The notes beneath the pieces were generated by a model. The model was not told the origin of the DNA and did no database searches. It was given only the letters and a program-made list of their open reading frames with translations. From Candidatus Saccharimonadia bacterium (GTDB lineage: Bacteria > Patescibacteriota > Saccharimonadia > UBA4664 > SCTI01), in NCBI GenBank assembly GCA_046597065.1, contig JBKJLI010000003.1, positions 290,841 through 354,840 of the forward strand: a DNA stretch of 64,000 nt, written 5' to 3'. The position numbers and the translations under genes were made by a program. Below are positions 29,777 to 40,665 of this stretch, piece after piece; the stretch's first letter is position 1; the number at the start of each line of letters is the position of its first letter.

Positions 29777-30898
29777 ATGTCAGAAACCACCACAACTAAA
29801 CTCGATCAACGCACATTAATTACCATCGCTTTAATCGGTTTATTTATGGGTTTTCTGGGCGGATTTTTATATATTCGATTTGCCCCTAGTTTGATTCCAA
29901 CCTCTAAGCAGTCGATTTTACTGCAACAAACTTCGGCTACTATCGATGTTGCCAAAAAGGTTTCGCCCAGTGTGGTATCGATCACTTCGCAGTCAACCGG
30001 TTTCAGCTTTTTTGGCACCTCACAGACAAGCCAAGGGGCAGGTACCGGCATCATTGTCGAGAGCGACGGTCTAATACTAACCAACAGCCATGTAGTACCC
30101 TCTACCGCTTCTACGTTTAGTGTCTTTACGTCTGATGGAAAAGAGTACAAGAATGCCAAGGTAATTGCTCGCGACGCCTCGAACGATATTGCGTTCTTGC
30201 GTATTGATGCCAAAGGGTTAAAGGCTGCCGAGTTAGGAGATTCGTCGGGCGTGCCAGTTGGTAGCGCAGTACTGGCAATTGGCAACGCTTTAGGACAGTA
30301 CCAGAACACGGTTACTCAGGGGATTATTTCGGGTATTGGTCGCCCAGTATCGGCCGGCGATCAGCAGGGGCAAGACGTTGAGCAATTGCAAAATCTGTTC
30401 CAAACCGACGCTGCCATTAACCCCGGTAACTCTGGCGGTCCGCTTGTAGATCTTACCGGCAAGGTTATTGGCATCAACACTGCCGTAGCCGGTAACGCCC
30501 AAAACATTGGCTTTGCCATTCCGATTAACCAGGCCAAGAACGAACTTGCGACGGTTAAGACTCAGGGTAAGATCATTAAGCCATACTTGGGAGTTCGGTA
30601 TATTCCCGTCACCAAAGAGTTCGCTAGTAGCAACAATCTAGCAGTGACTAAAGGCGCCTATATTAGTGGCAATCAGGGCGCACCGGGAATTGTAGCGGGT
30701 AGTCCGGCCGATCGCGCTGGTTTAAAAGAGGGCGACATCATCACCAAAATTGGCAACAAAGAGATTAATGAAACATCAAGTTTAAGCTCAATTATCGGCG
30801 AGTACAAAGTAGGGGATAAGGTTAAACTGACGTTAGTGCGCGATGGAAAGGAACAAACGACCGAGATTGAGCTAGCCGAGGCGCCGGCACAACAGTAG
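29777..30898 (+). CDS. htrA: HtrA/DegP-like serine protease with PDZ domain
   Basis: LTNSHV, QTDAAINPGNSGGPL, PDZ. Confidence 0.93.
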   Translation: MSETTTTKLDQRTLITIALIGLFMGFLGGFLYIRFAPSLIPTSKQSILLQQTSATIDVAKKVSPSVVSITSQSTGFSFFGTSQTSQGAGTGIIVESDGLILTNSHVVPSTASTFSVFTSDGKEYKNAKVIARDASNDIAFLRIDAKGLKAAELGDSSGVPVGSAVLAIGNALGQYQNTVTQGIISGIGRPVSAGDQQGQDVEQLQNLFQTDAAINPGNSGGPLVDLTGKVIGINTAVAGNAQNIGFAIPINQAKNELATVKTQGKIIKPYLGVRYIPVTKEFASSNNLAVTKGAYISGNQGAPGIVAGSPADRAGLKEGDIITKIGNKEINETSSLSSIIGEYKVGDKVKLTLVRDGKEQTTEIELAEAPAQQ

Positions 30899-31705
30899 TT
30901 AGGCTGAGTGACGAAACTCTAAAATGAAATAATCGCTGCGTTTTAGCACCAGTCCATACTTAGAAGCTTCTACGATCAGGCCGTCGTGCTGCCAGGGATC
31001 ACACTCGGTTAAAAGCAGCCCGCCGTCTGATAAATGCTTTGGTAGCTGTGTCAGAAACTGACGATATAAATTCAGTCCATCCGGTCCGCCAAACAAGGCT
31101 ACGGCGGGCTCTTTTTTAACTTCGGGCATGAGCTCAGCATCGTCGTTTAGGTAGGGTAGATTGGTCACGATAGTCTCAAATTTACCACCGATCGACTTCC
31201 ATAAATCCGATTCCACAAACTCAATTTCAACGTTATGAGTTTTGGCGTTGCGCTTGGCCACGGCTAAGGCCTCGACCGATACATCGGTCGCGGTAACATT
31301 CAAATCTGGCCGGTGTTTCGCGATCGCCACAGCCAATGCACCGCTACCGGTGCCAATATCGATCAAACGTGAGCCCTGGGGTGCATCCGCCACTGCCCAC
31401 TCAACCATTTTTTCGGTTTCGACGCGCGGTGTCAGCACGTGTTTATCGATGTAAAAATCTAACCCATAAAACTCGCGTTTATTGGTTAAATGAACCAGAG
31501 GGGTATGGTCTCGACGTTCTTTTATTAGATCAAAATATTTGCTGGCCATACCTAGGCTTAATTCATACTCTGGATGGGCCATCAGCCATGATTTAGGCTT
31601 ACCGCTAACGTGTTCTAGTAAAAGGGTAGAATCGATACCGCTAGATGTAATTTTTGACGAAAGCAGCATCGACTTTGCGAGTCTAAGAGCTTCTTCAACT
31701 TTCAT
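30899..31705 (-). CDS. prmC: Release factor glutamine methyltransferase
   Basis: VLTPR.ETE, DIGTGSG, NLPY; downstream of prfA. Confidence 0.93.
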   Translation of the reverse strand: MKVEEALRLAKSMLLSSKITSSGIDSTLLLEHVSGKPKSWLMAHPEYELSLGMASKYFDLIKERRDHTPLVHLTNKREFYGLDFYIDKHVLTPRVETEKMVEWAVADAPQGSRLIDIGTGSGALAVAIAKHRPDLNVTATDVSVEALAVAKRNAKTHNVEIEFVESDLWKSIGGKFETIVTNLPYLNDDAELMPEVKKEPAVALFGGPDGLNLYRQFLTQLPKHLSDGGLLLTECDPWQHDGLIVEASKYGLVLKRSDYFILEFRHSA

Positions 31706-31722
31706 ATCCGTAAATTCACTAG

Positions 31723-32769
<1,047 letters not shown>

Positions 32770-32833
32770 AACTCTCCCCATCATAACAAAACGACGCCCC
32801 TAATCTGGTGCATCGCTTGGTTAGTCTCTGTAT

Positions 32834-33223
32834 TTAAGAGTCGCTAGAATCAGTATCAGTAGCCGTTTTGGTTGCAGTTTCAGCTTTGTCGGGCAGATCA
32901 ACGGTTTCGGCTTTAATCTCTTTGGCAATTTCTTTTAACTCTGGATCACCCTTTTGAGCCTCCTTTGCCTCATCGGCATCGGCTTTAGCCACTTTTTTGG
33001 CACCAGCGGCCTTGGCGGCAGCAGCAGCCTTGCGGCGAGCCTCAAACTTCTCAACACGACCGGCCGTATCTACCAGCTTTTGCTTGCCGGTGTAGAAGGG
33101 GTGACAGTTAGAGCATATTTCGACGGTGATCGATGGAACGGTTGAGCGCGTCACAAAATCGATGCCACAGCCGTTGCAGTGCACCTTAGTTTCCATAATT
33201 TCGGGATGAATTTGGGCTTTCAT
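32834..33223 (-). CDS. rpmE: 50S ribosomal protein bL31 with long C-terminal extension (start at ATG 33223)
   Basis: MKAQIHP...C..CG...[24 protein letters not shown]. Confidence 0.95.
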   Translation of the reverse strand: MKAQIHPEIMETKVHCNGCGIDFVTRSTVPSITVEICSNCHPFYTGKQKLVDTAGRVEKFEARRKAAAAAKAAGAKKVAKADADEAKEAQKGDPELKEIAKEIKAETVDLPDKAETATKTATDTDSSDS

Positions 33224-33319
33224 AACCACACGATTGTATCTGAAAAGGCCCAACGGGTCAACCCTCGAAGCGCTTACATTGATCATTAAACACACAGATG
33301 CCCCCAAGGGAACATCTGT

Positions 33320-33835
33320 TCACCCTGAGGGCTTGGGTTTATAGCCGGTACAAATTTGACGATTAGCCACCCGTTGACCTGATTCGGTTGCATGCTGAAG
33401 GCGAACGTGCCCAAGGGCCGGCATATTCGCTGAGCAAAAGCGGTCACTGAAGCAGACAAGAGTTGTAAATATTCGAGTTGGGATAGTTGGTTCAAAGCGA
33501 CGGTTGTCCCAACGCACCATTACCTCGTTGGCCATTACCTTCGACCATTCCTCGAACAGTTCCGGATCGATGCAACATTTATGAGCTGTGATGGCAATGG
33601 CAACAAGATAGCGGTTACCGCCGTCTGCCAAGCATTCAATTGGGCTTTTGCCAAGGTACTCACACTCGCTTAGAAACCACTTAACGGCCTCGCCAATTGA
33701 GGTTTCAAAAGTTGTCATGATTTTCATCATGTCGACTAGATCAGCGGGTCTACAGATGACATCTACGGCGTCGAAGCCATAAGTAACCAGCCTTGCCATT
33801 TCTTTATCGTAACTGCCGTCTGCGTACACATTCAC
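33320..33835 (-). CDS. Hypothetical protein with MbcA/ParS/Xre antitoxin C-terminal-like motif
   Basis: AVKWFLSECEYLGKSPIECLADGG...V; paralog of the neighbour. Confidence 0.55.
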   Translation of the reverse strand: MNVYADGSYDKEMARLVTYGFDAVDVICRPADLVDMMKIMTTFETSIGEAVKWFLSECEYLGKSPIECLADGGNRYLVAIAITAHKCCIDPELFEEWSKVMANEVMVRWDNRRFEPTIPTRIFTTLVCFSDRFCSANMPALGHVRLQHATESGQRVANRQICTGYKPKPSG

Positions 33836-34249
33836 CTACTTTCGACGTGCTCGGCGTTGTCGGCGCTCAAACTCGCTTGATGGGAAGGGGATCACAGTGC
33901 CAGTCGGTTGGCGCGATGCCCGAATGGCTTTAATCGCCTTGCCGCCGATTTCAGTTTGGCTTGCAATGAGCTTCTTAAATGCAGATGCCGGCTCTGCTTC
34001 ACAGTAAGCATCGGCTGCCATCATCACCTCTTCGAACATGCCATCAGCCAAGCAGCCGAGCGGTATATCTTCGAGGTGATTCGAGAAGCTGCGAAACCAA
34101 GACACAATCATTGCATCATCTAGCCCGTAGTCGGACATGAACTTGGCTACACGTGCAAATTCCGATGGTTTACAAGTAATTTCATCATCGCGGAATCCTA
34201 AGACGTTCAACCAAAGAACGGCAAGATCCTCTTCTTCGTACGTACTCAT
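33836..34249 (-). CDS. Hypothetical protein with MbcA/ParS/Xre antitoxin C-terminal-like motif
   Basis: IVSWFRSFSNHLEDIPLGCLADGMFEEV; GGGAG SD and TTGGCG-17-TAAAGT upstream. Confidence 0.55.
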   Translation of the reverse strand: MSTYEEEDLAVLWLNVLGFRDDEITCKPSEFARVAKFMSDYGLDDAMIVSWFRSFSNHLEDIPLGCLADGMFEEVMMAADAYCEAEPASAFKKLIASQTEIGGKAIKAIRASRQPTGTVIPFPSSEFERRQRRARRK

Positions 34250-34424
34250 TTTGTCAAACTCCCTGAACTCGATGGTTCAAATCTGGTGTGACTTTAACAC
34301 AGTCTAACCCTTGCGCCAACAGGTTAAATTTGATACATTGGCTTGGTCCGAACTAATTAATGAAGCAGCTCGTTACTAAAATCCTCCGTATTCAACGGCC
34401 GGCGAGCGAAGCACAAGGAGTCAT

Positions 34425-35177
34425 ATGGCAGAGACAAACGTAAAAGAACTATTAGAAGCTGGTGCCCATTTCGGCCACCAAACTCACCGCTGGAACCCCC
34501 GTATGGGCCAGTATATTTTTGGTGTTCGTGGCGGCGTCCACATCATCGACTTAACTAAGACGGCCGAGCTACTAGACGAGGCGTTGAGCTTTGTTGAAAC
34601 TACTGCTGAAAACGGTGGCAAGGTGCTGTTAGTTGGCACAAAGCGACAGGCTCGCCAAATTATTCGTGAAGAGGCCGAGGCTGCTCACCAGCCTTTTGTT
34701 ACCGAGCGATGGTTGGGGGGAATGTTAACCAACTTTCGCACTATCCAAACGCGAATAAAGCGACTTAAATCTATTGATGCAGGCTTAGAGTCGGGTGAAT
34801 ATACCAGCAAATACAACAAAAAAGAGGTACTGGATCTAACCAATGAGGGCATTGCCTTGCAGCGCATTTTTGGAGGCATTAAGGATATGGGTGAGTTGCC
34901 AAAGGCCATTTTTGTTGTTGACATGGTTCGAGACTCGATTGCAATCGCCGAGGCACGTAACTTAAATATTCCCGTTATCGCCATTGTTGATACCAATGCC
35001 AACCCAGAGTTAGCAGATTACCCGGTGCCAGCCAATGATGACGCTATAAAGTCGCTACGGATGATAACCCACGCCGTGGCTGATGCCGCCAACCGCGGTG
35101 CTCAGGCGCATGCCAAAAAAGCCGCCGATCAGCCAACTGAAGCCATTGCCGACAGCGACCAGCCAAAAGCTAAGTAG
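34425..35177 (+). CDS. rpsB: 30S ribosomal protein uS2
   Basis: LLEAGAHFGH...WNP, RWLGGMLTN, PANDDA. Confidence 0.98.
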   Translation: MAETNVKELLEAGAHFGHQTHRWNPRMGQYIFGVRGGVHIIDLTKTAELLDEALSFVETTAENGGKVLLVGTKRQARQIIREEAEAAHQPFVTERWLGGMLTNFRTIQTRIKRLKSIDAGLESGEYTSKYNKKEVLDLTNEGIALQRIFGGIKDMGELPKAIFVVDMVRDSIAIAEARNLNIPVIAIVDTNANPELADYPVPANDDAIKSLRMITHAVADAANRGAQAHAKKAADQPTEAIADSDQPKAK

Positions 35178-35188
35178 AGGAGACAAAA

Positions 35189-35779
35189 GTGAGCGTATCA
35201 ATCGAAGCAATTAAAAAACTCCGAGCCAGTACCGGTGCCGGCATGATGGACGCTAAAGCTGCCTTGGTTGAAGCCAACGGCGATGTTGAAAAAGCCTCTG
35301 ATATTTTGCGAAAGAAAGGGGCCGCCAGCGCCGCTAAGCGTTCCGACCGTGAAACCAAAGCCGGTGTTATTGATAGCTATGTTCATAGTGGCAAGATAGG
35401 TGTAGTGGTTGAGGTAAACTGTGAGACAGATTTTGTTGCCCGAACCGATGACTTTAAAGCTTTTGCCCACGACATCGCCCTGCACATTGCGGCTGCCGAC
35501 CCGGAATACTTAAGCCCCGAAAATATTCCAGAAAAGATAGTGGCAAAGGAGCGCGAATTTTACATGGGCGAAGTAGAGGGAAAGCCAGCCGATATCGTTG
35601 CCAAAATTGTCGAGGGCAAGTTGGCAAAATTCTATGAAACCGTTTGCTTAACCAAGCAGCCATTTATTAAAGATCCCGAGCAGTCAATCGAACAATTAAG
35701 CACCGCGATAAGCGCCAAAACCGGTGAAAAGATTGTTATTCGCCAGTTCAGTCGGATTGAACTTGGAGGACAACTTTAG
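35189..35779 (+). CDS. tsf: Elongation factor Ts (short form)
   Basis: TGAGMMDAK.AL, EVNCETDFVA. Confidence 0.97.
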   Translation: MSVSIEAIKKLRASTGAGMMDAKAALVEANGDVEKASDILRKKGAASAAKRSDRETKAGVIDSYVHSGKIGVVVEVNCETDFVARTDDFKAFAHDIALHIAAADPEYLSPENIPEKIVAKEREFYMGEVEGKPADIVAKIVEGKLAKFYETVCLTKQPFIKDPEQSIEQLSTAISAKTGEKIVIRQFSRIELGGQL

Positions 35780-35781
35780 CC

Positions 35782-36342
35782 ATGGTTACGGGTATTGTTA
35801 AAACCGCCGACCCCCGCATGGTTAAAGCCATTGAGCATTTTGAGGCCGACTTGCAAAGTTTGCGAACCGGTCGAGCCCAAACCAGCTTGGTTGAAAACCT
35901 CACGGTTGAACAGTTCGGCAGTCAGCAGCCGCTTAAGGCGGTGGCGAGCATTAACACGCCGGATGCTCAAACTATTGCGATTAGCCCGTGGGATAAAACC
36001 TTGGTAGCACCAATCGAAAAAATGATCCGTGAACAGCAGTCGCTAGGCTTAAATCCCTCAAGTGACGGTAACATCATCCGTCTAAACGTTCCCCAGATGA
36101 CCGAAGAACGCCGCCGCGATATTGTAAAAGATCTTGGGTCCAAAAGCGAACAGTGTAATATTGCTCTTCGAAACATTCGCCACGACATATTGGGCGAGGT
36201 GAAGCGGCTAGAAAAGGATGGCCAGGCCACTAAAGACGACGTCCATTTTGCCGAACAGGAGCTAAATAAAAAGATTGATCACTATAAGCAAAAACTCGAA
36301 GCGCTAGCCAAGGCCAAAGAGGTTGAGGTGATGACGGTTTAG
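35782..36342 (+). CDS. frr: Ribosome recycling factor
   Basis: LRTGRA, GLNP..DG..IR, TEERR, RNIR. Confidence 0.96.
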   Translation: MVTGIVKTADPRMVKAIEHFEADLQSLRTGRAQTSLVENLTVEQFGSQQPLKAVASINTPDAQTIAISPWDKTLVAPIEKMIREQQSLGLNPSSDGNIIRLNVPQMTEERRRDIVKDLGSKSEQCNIALRNIRHDILGEVKRLEKDGQATKDDVHFAEQELNKKIDHYKQKLEALAKAKEVEVMTV

Positions 36343-36381
36343 CCCTTGGGGCCATCGCCAACCTCGCCTATAATGACTGTC

Positions 36382-37077
36382 ATGACTGCCGACCAGCCGA
36401 ACCTACTGCCCAAACATATCGCGATTATCCCCGACGGTAACCGCCGTTGGGCCAAAGCTCGCGGGCTGACTACCAAAGAGGGCCATCAAGCTGGTTACGA
36501 GAACTTTAAAACTATCGGCCGAGCCGCTTTTGACCGGGGGGTTGAAGTCGTAACCTACTTTGCATTTTCAACTGAAAACTGGAATCGAACTAAGGACGAA
36601 GTTGGCTACTTAATGAAGTTGGCCACCTGGGTGATGGAAGAGGAAGCCGAAGAGTATAACAACCAGGGCATACGCTTAAAAATTGCCGGCTCTGCCGATG
36701 GGCTCGATCTTAAACTGGCTAAAAGCTTGCGCGCGGTAGAAGAGCTAACCAAAGACAACACTAAAGGTACTATCTGCCTGTGTTTCAATTATGGTGGTCG
36801 TGGCGATATTGTGCAGGCGGTGAATCGAGCCATTGCGGCTGGGGAAAATGAAATTACCGAGGATAGTTTAGCTACTAATTTAACGACGGCTGATTTGCCC
36901 GATCCAGAATTAGTTATTCGTACTTCTGGTGAGCAGCGTTTAAGCAATTTTATGTTATGGGAAACCGCTTACAGTGAGCTATATTTTAGCCCCAAGCTGT
37001 GGCCGGCCTTCGAGGAATCAGACCTCGATACCGCTCTAGAAGACTTCGCCCACCGACAACGCAACTTTGGCGCCTGA
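36382..37077 (+). CDS. uppS: Undecaprenyl diphosphate synthase
   Basis: HIAIIPDGNRRWA, AFSTENW.R, IRTSGEQRLSNF. Confidence 0.97.
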   Translation: MTADQPNLLPKHIAIIPDGNRRWAKARGLTTKEGHQAGYENFKTIGRAAFDRGVEVVTYFAFSTENWNRTKDEVGYLMKLATWVMEEEAEEYNNQGIRLKIAGSADGLDLKLAKSLRAVEELTKDNTKGTICLCFNYGGRGDIVQAVNRAIAAGENEITEDSLATNLTTADLPDPELVIRTSGEQRLSNFMLWETAYSELYFSPKLWPAFEESDLDTALEDFAHRQRNFGA

Positions 37078-37098
37078 TATTCGTAGTAATATATAGTC

Positions 37099-38178
37099 AT
37101 GTCGATCGCCATAATCTTAATTGTCATCTTGATTTTTGGTCTGTTAGTGTTCGTTCACGAGCTGGGCCACTTTGTAGCCGCACGCCGCAGTGGAGTAGAG
37201 GTAGAGGAGTTTGGTTTTGGTTTTCCACCCAAAGCCTACGGCCGAAAAGTTGGCCGCACCCTTTATAGCTTAAACTGGCTACCGTTGGGCGGTTTCGTCA
37301 AACTAAAAGGCGAGGATCATGCTGACACCAGCCCGGGTAGTTTTGGTGGGGCCGGTTTTTGGGCCAAAACCCGCATACTATTTGCAGGCGTGTTAATGAA
37401 CTGGCTGCTAGCCTTTGCAATACTGTTCTATCTTTGCTTAACCGGTTTACCGCCATTGGTTTCGGGCCAGTACAGTTACGGTAGCCCGGTTCAGGCCCAG
37501 TCCAGTCATTTATTAGTGGTTGAGATTGGCAAAAACTCTCCGGCCGCCGCCGCCGGGATCAAGCGTGGCGATACAATTGCCACTGCCGGTGGCCGCACCC
37601 TGCAAACCGAACAGGAGCTGCTTGATTACACCAAGGCTAACGCCGGCCAGAGCGTGGAGTTAACGGTTAAGAGTGGGGGCCAAATTTCCTCCAAAACCGT
37701 TACATTACGACCGCCAGATAGCAAAGAGGGGTATTTGGGCGTAACGCCGTTTGCTACTTCTCAGCAGCGCTACGGTTTTTTTGAAGCATTAATCACCGCT
37801 GTTGGCTTAACCTTGCAAATTTCATGGTTAACTTTGGCTGCATTCGGCAACATGATCATTGGTTTGTTTGCTCATGGGCAGGTTAGCAACCAGGTAGCCG
37901 GACCAATTGGCATCGTGGTTCTACTTTCGAATATCGTCCACTTGGGAATTGCTTACGTGCTGATATTCGTCGCCTCAATCTCTATTTCGTTGGCAGTCAT
38001 TAATGCTCTGCCGTTGCCGGCACTGGATGGTGGTCGATGGTTACTGATTGCAGCCCAAAAAGTGACCAAACGTCAGCTTTCGCCAACCTTTGAGGCAAGA
38101 GTTCACGCCGCTGGATTCGTGGCATTATTGCTACTTATGGTGGTGGTGACATTCTTCGATATTAAGCGATTGGGCTAG
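37099..38178 (+). CDS. rseP: RseP-like site-2 (M50) protease with PDZ
   Basis: HELGH, LPLGGFVK, NALPLPALDGG. Confidence 0.93.
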   Translation: MSIAIILIVILIFGLLVFVHELGHFVAARRSGVEVEEFGFGFPPKAYGRKVGRTLYSLNWLPLGGFVKLKGEDHADTSPGSFGGAGFWAKTRILFAGVLMNWLLAFAILFYLCLTGLPPLVSGQYSYGSPVQAQSSHLLVVEIGKNSPAAAAGIKRGDTIATAGGRTLQTEQELLDYTKANAGQSVELTVKSGGQISSKTVTLRPPDSKEGYLGVTPFATSQQRYGFFEALITAVGLTLQISWLTLAAFGNMIIGLFAHGQVSNQVAGPIGIVVLLSNIVHLGIAYVLIFVASISISLAVINALPLPALDGGRWLLIAAQKVTKRQLSPTFEARVHAAGFVALLLLMVVVTFFDIKRLG

Positions 38179-38179
38179 G

Positions 38180-38899
38180 GTGAGCTCCGCCCAAATCAAG
38201 GCCGTAGCCTGGAAGCCGCTCGATGCCATGGCGGTTTTTTTATTGCCTTGGGTGATATTGCCGTTAATAATTTGGTTTAGTTTAGAGTTTGCGGCTGGTT
38301 TTGCGCCGGCTCTTAAGTCGCTTCTAACAGATCAATCTATTTCTTCGCCACAAGGCGGGCTAATTTTTTCACTGGTAGATGCCCTGTTGTCCTTTACTGT
38401 TATTGGTTTTTATTTACGCCGCCGTGGTGCTAAATGGGTCGATCTAGGTTACCGCCGCTTTAACGTCATTAAGGCAATCCTGCTTGTAACTACATTATTT
38501 ATCAGCTTTTTTGTGATGATTGGGTTAGTTTATTGGCTCATACAAGTTCTGCTGCCCGGTTTTGACCCTAACCAGGCCCAAGCCAATGAGTTTACTAATA
38601 CTCCTAACAATTTGCGCTTTATCAGTCTGATCGGGTTAGTGATTTTGCCACCGTTGGTGGAGGAGCCAATTTTCCGGGGGTTTATTTTTCCGGCTTTTGC
38701 AAAGCGCTGGGGATTGCCGATTGGGGCTGTGCTTTCTAGCCTACTGTTTGGTTTAGCTCATTTGCAGGGCAACATCAGCGTGTACACCTTTGTGATTGGT
38801 CTGCTACTATGTTTTATGTACACGCGACTTGGCTCGATTGTGCCCGGCATTTTGCTGCACATGGTTAATAACTACTTGGCCTATACCGCGCTACAATAA
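38180..38899 (+). CDS. CPBP (CAAX/Abi) family intramembrane metalloprotease
   Basis: EE..FRG, F.LAH, H..NN motifs. Confidence 0.88.
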   Translation: MSSAQIKAVAWKPLDAMAVFLLPWVILPLIIWFSLEFAAGFAPALKSLLTDQSISSPQGGLIFSLVDALLSFTVIGFYLRRRGAKWVDLGYRRFNVIKAILLVTTLFISFFVMIGLVYWLIQVLLPGFDPNQAQANEFTNTPNNLRFISLIGLVILPPLVEEPIFRGFIFPAFAKRWGLPIGAVLSSLLFGLAHLQGNISVYTFVIGLLLCFMYTRLGSIVPGILLHMVNNYLAYTALQ

Positions 38900-38909
38900 A
38901 CAATATTTT

Positions 38910-40157
38910 ATGCGCTTATCTAAAAACTTCGGCACAACTCTTAAAACTAACAGCGGCGATGGTGACTCATTCAACTACCGCTTGCTTGTTCGTGGTGGAT
39001 TTATTCAGCAAGTTTCGGCTGGAGTATATTCCTATTTGCCACTTGGGCTCAAAGTTATCAATCGCATCTCGCAAGTCGTCCGCGAAGAAATGAACGCTCT
39101 TGGTGCTAGCGAGCTTTCATTGCCATCATTACAACCTAAGGCTCCTTGGCAGCAGACTGGTCGTTGGACCAGCTTTGATGTGCTTTATCGATTACAAGAT
39201 AGCGCCAAACGTGAGCATGCTTTGGGACCGTCTCACGAAGAGGTGATAACTCCATTGGCCCAGAGCTTTATAAATTCTTATAAAGATCTACCAGCCGCTG
39301 CCTACCAAATACAAACCAAGTTTCGCGATGAACTGCGGCCAAAGAGTGGGCTAATGCGGGGCCGTGAGTTTTTAATGAAAGATCTTTACAGCTTTCATGC
39401 CGATGCCGGCGATCTTGATAAGTATTACGAAACGGTAAAAACCGCCTACGCCAAGGTTTATCACCGCTTGGGCCTGGCCGCCAAGCTGACCGAGGCCTCC
39501 GGCGGGGCCTTTACCAAGTACTCGCATGAGTACCAGGTGTTTACCGAGGCCGGCGAGGATACCGTTTATTACTGCGACCATTGTGACTTCGCTCAAAACG
39601 ATGAGATTGCCACAGTTAAAGCTGGCGACGCTTGCCCAAGCTGTAAAAAGGGAGAGATAAAATCGGCAAAAGCTGCCGAAGTCGGCAACATTTTTAAGCT
39701 CGGGGATCGCTTTTCTAAGGCTTTTGAATTTAACTACACCGCTGCCGATGGCAAATCCCACCACCCAGTAATGGGCTGCTACGGCATTGGCATCAGCCGC
39801 ATTATGGGTGTGCTGGTTGAGGTGCATCATGATGAAAATGGGATTGTTTGGCCGGCCGAGGCCGCACCGGCAGACGTTCACATTGTTAGCATTGGCGCAG
39901 ATCGGGACGACTCTGTCGCCAATGCCGCCGACAAGCTTTACGACGACTTAATTAAAAACGGCTACGAGGTCATTTATGACGACCGCGATGCCACCGCCGG
40001 CGCCAAGTTTGCCGATGCCGACTTAATTGGATGCCCGATCCGTCTAACCGTTAGTCCCAAAACTCTGTCCGAGGGTTCGGCCGAGTTGAAGTACCGCCAT
40101 TCCGAAAAAGCTGAGCTGATCACCTTGGCCAAAGCCGCCGACCCCGATAAGCTGTAA
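38910..40157 (+). CDS. proS: Proline--tRNA ligase (short form, no full editing domain)
   Basis: LGPSHEE, QTKFRDE.RP..GLMR.REF.MKD, EVGNIFKLG, MGCYGIG. Confidence 0.96.
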   Translation: MRLSKNFGTTLKTNSGDGDSFNYRLLVRGGFIQQVSAGVYSYLPLGLKVINRISQVVREEMNALGASELSLPSLQPKAPWQQTGRWTSFDVLYRLQDSAKREHALGPSHEEVITPLAQSFINSYKDLPAAAYQIQTKFRDELRPKSGLMRGREFLMKDLYSFHADAGDLDKYYETVKTAYAKVYHRLGLAAKLTEASGGAFTKYSHEYQVFTEAGEDTVYYCDHCDFAQNDEIATVKAGDACPSCKKGEIKSAKAAEVGNIFKLGDRFSKAFEFNYTAADGKSHHPVMGCYGIGISRIMGVLVEVHHDENGIVWPAEAAPADVHIVSIGADRDDSVANAADKLYDDLIKNGYEVIYDDRDATAGAKFADADLIGCPIRLTVSPKTLSEGSAELKYRHSEKAELITLAKAADPDKL

Positions 40158-40169
40158 GTTTAGTGAATA

Positions 40170-40424
40170 TTGAAGTTGTCCAAGATACCGACCCATTACG
40201 TTGCGGTTGAACGCAAGTTCACTGGGCAAGGGCTAGTAAAGGTATTGATCGACTATGCAGCAAAACTTGCGAAGCAAACGGGTACGCCGGTTCTGCGTCT
40301 GGACACCAATGCAGATGAACCGAGGCTGATGCAGGCCTACGAAAAGACTGGGTTCAAATTATTAAAAATTGTCGAAGAGGATGGCGGCCATCGGGCTGCT
40401 TTATATCAGAAGTCAGTCAGCTAA
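40170..40424 (+). pseudogene. C-terminal fragment of a GNAT acetyltransferase
   Basis: V...F.GQGL...L, LRLDT.......YEK.GF motifs only; TTG start, no N-terminal half. Confidence 0.5.
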
Positions 40425-40497
40425 GTTTGATGTAGCCAATACTTACCTAGCAGGGCATATGAATAGATTTATCAACAATTAGTTACTTTAATCGCGC

Positions 40498-40522
40498 CTT
40501 ATCGTAACTTTTTTACGATAAG
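40498..40522. promoter_or_regulatory. Palindromic operator upstream of mreB
   Basis: CTTATCGTAA-ctttt-TTACGATAAG perfect 10-5-10 inverted repeat; second copy at 60222. Confidence 0.7.
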
Positions 40523-40665
40523 CGGATTTATCACATTTGGAAGCATGGGTATCGGGGCTTAACTACGCGCTATAAATAAATAGCGACCAAATCTCGGACT
40601 TAACCACTTCATTATCTGTAAATGCCCTGGTAAACTAGGGTATATATTAACGCCAGCGAGTAATT

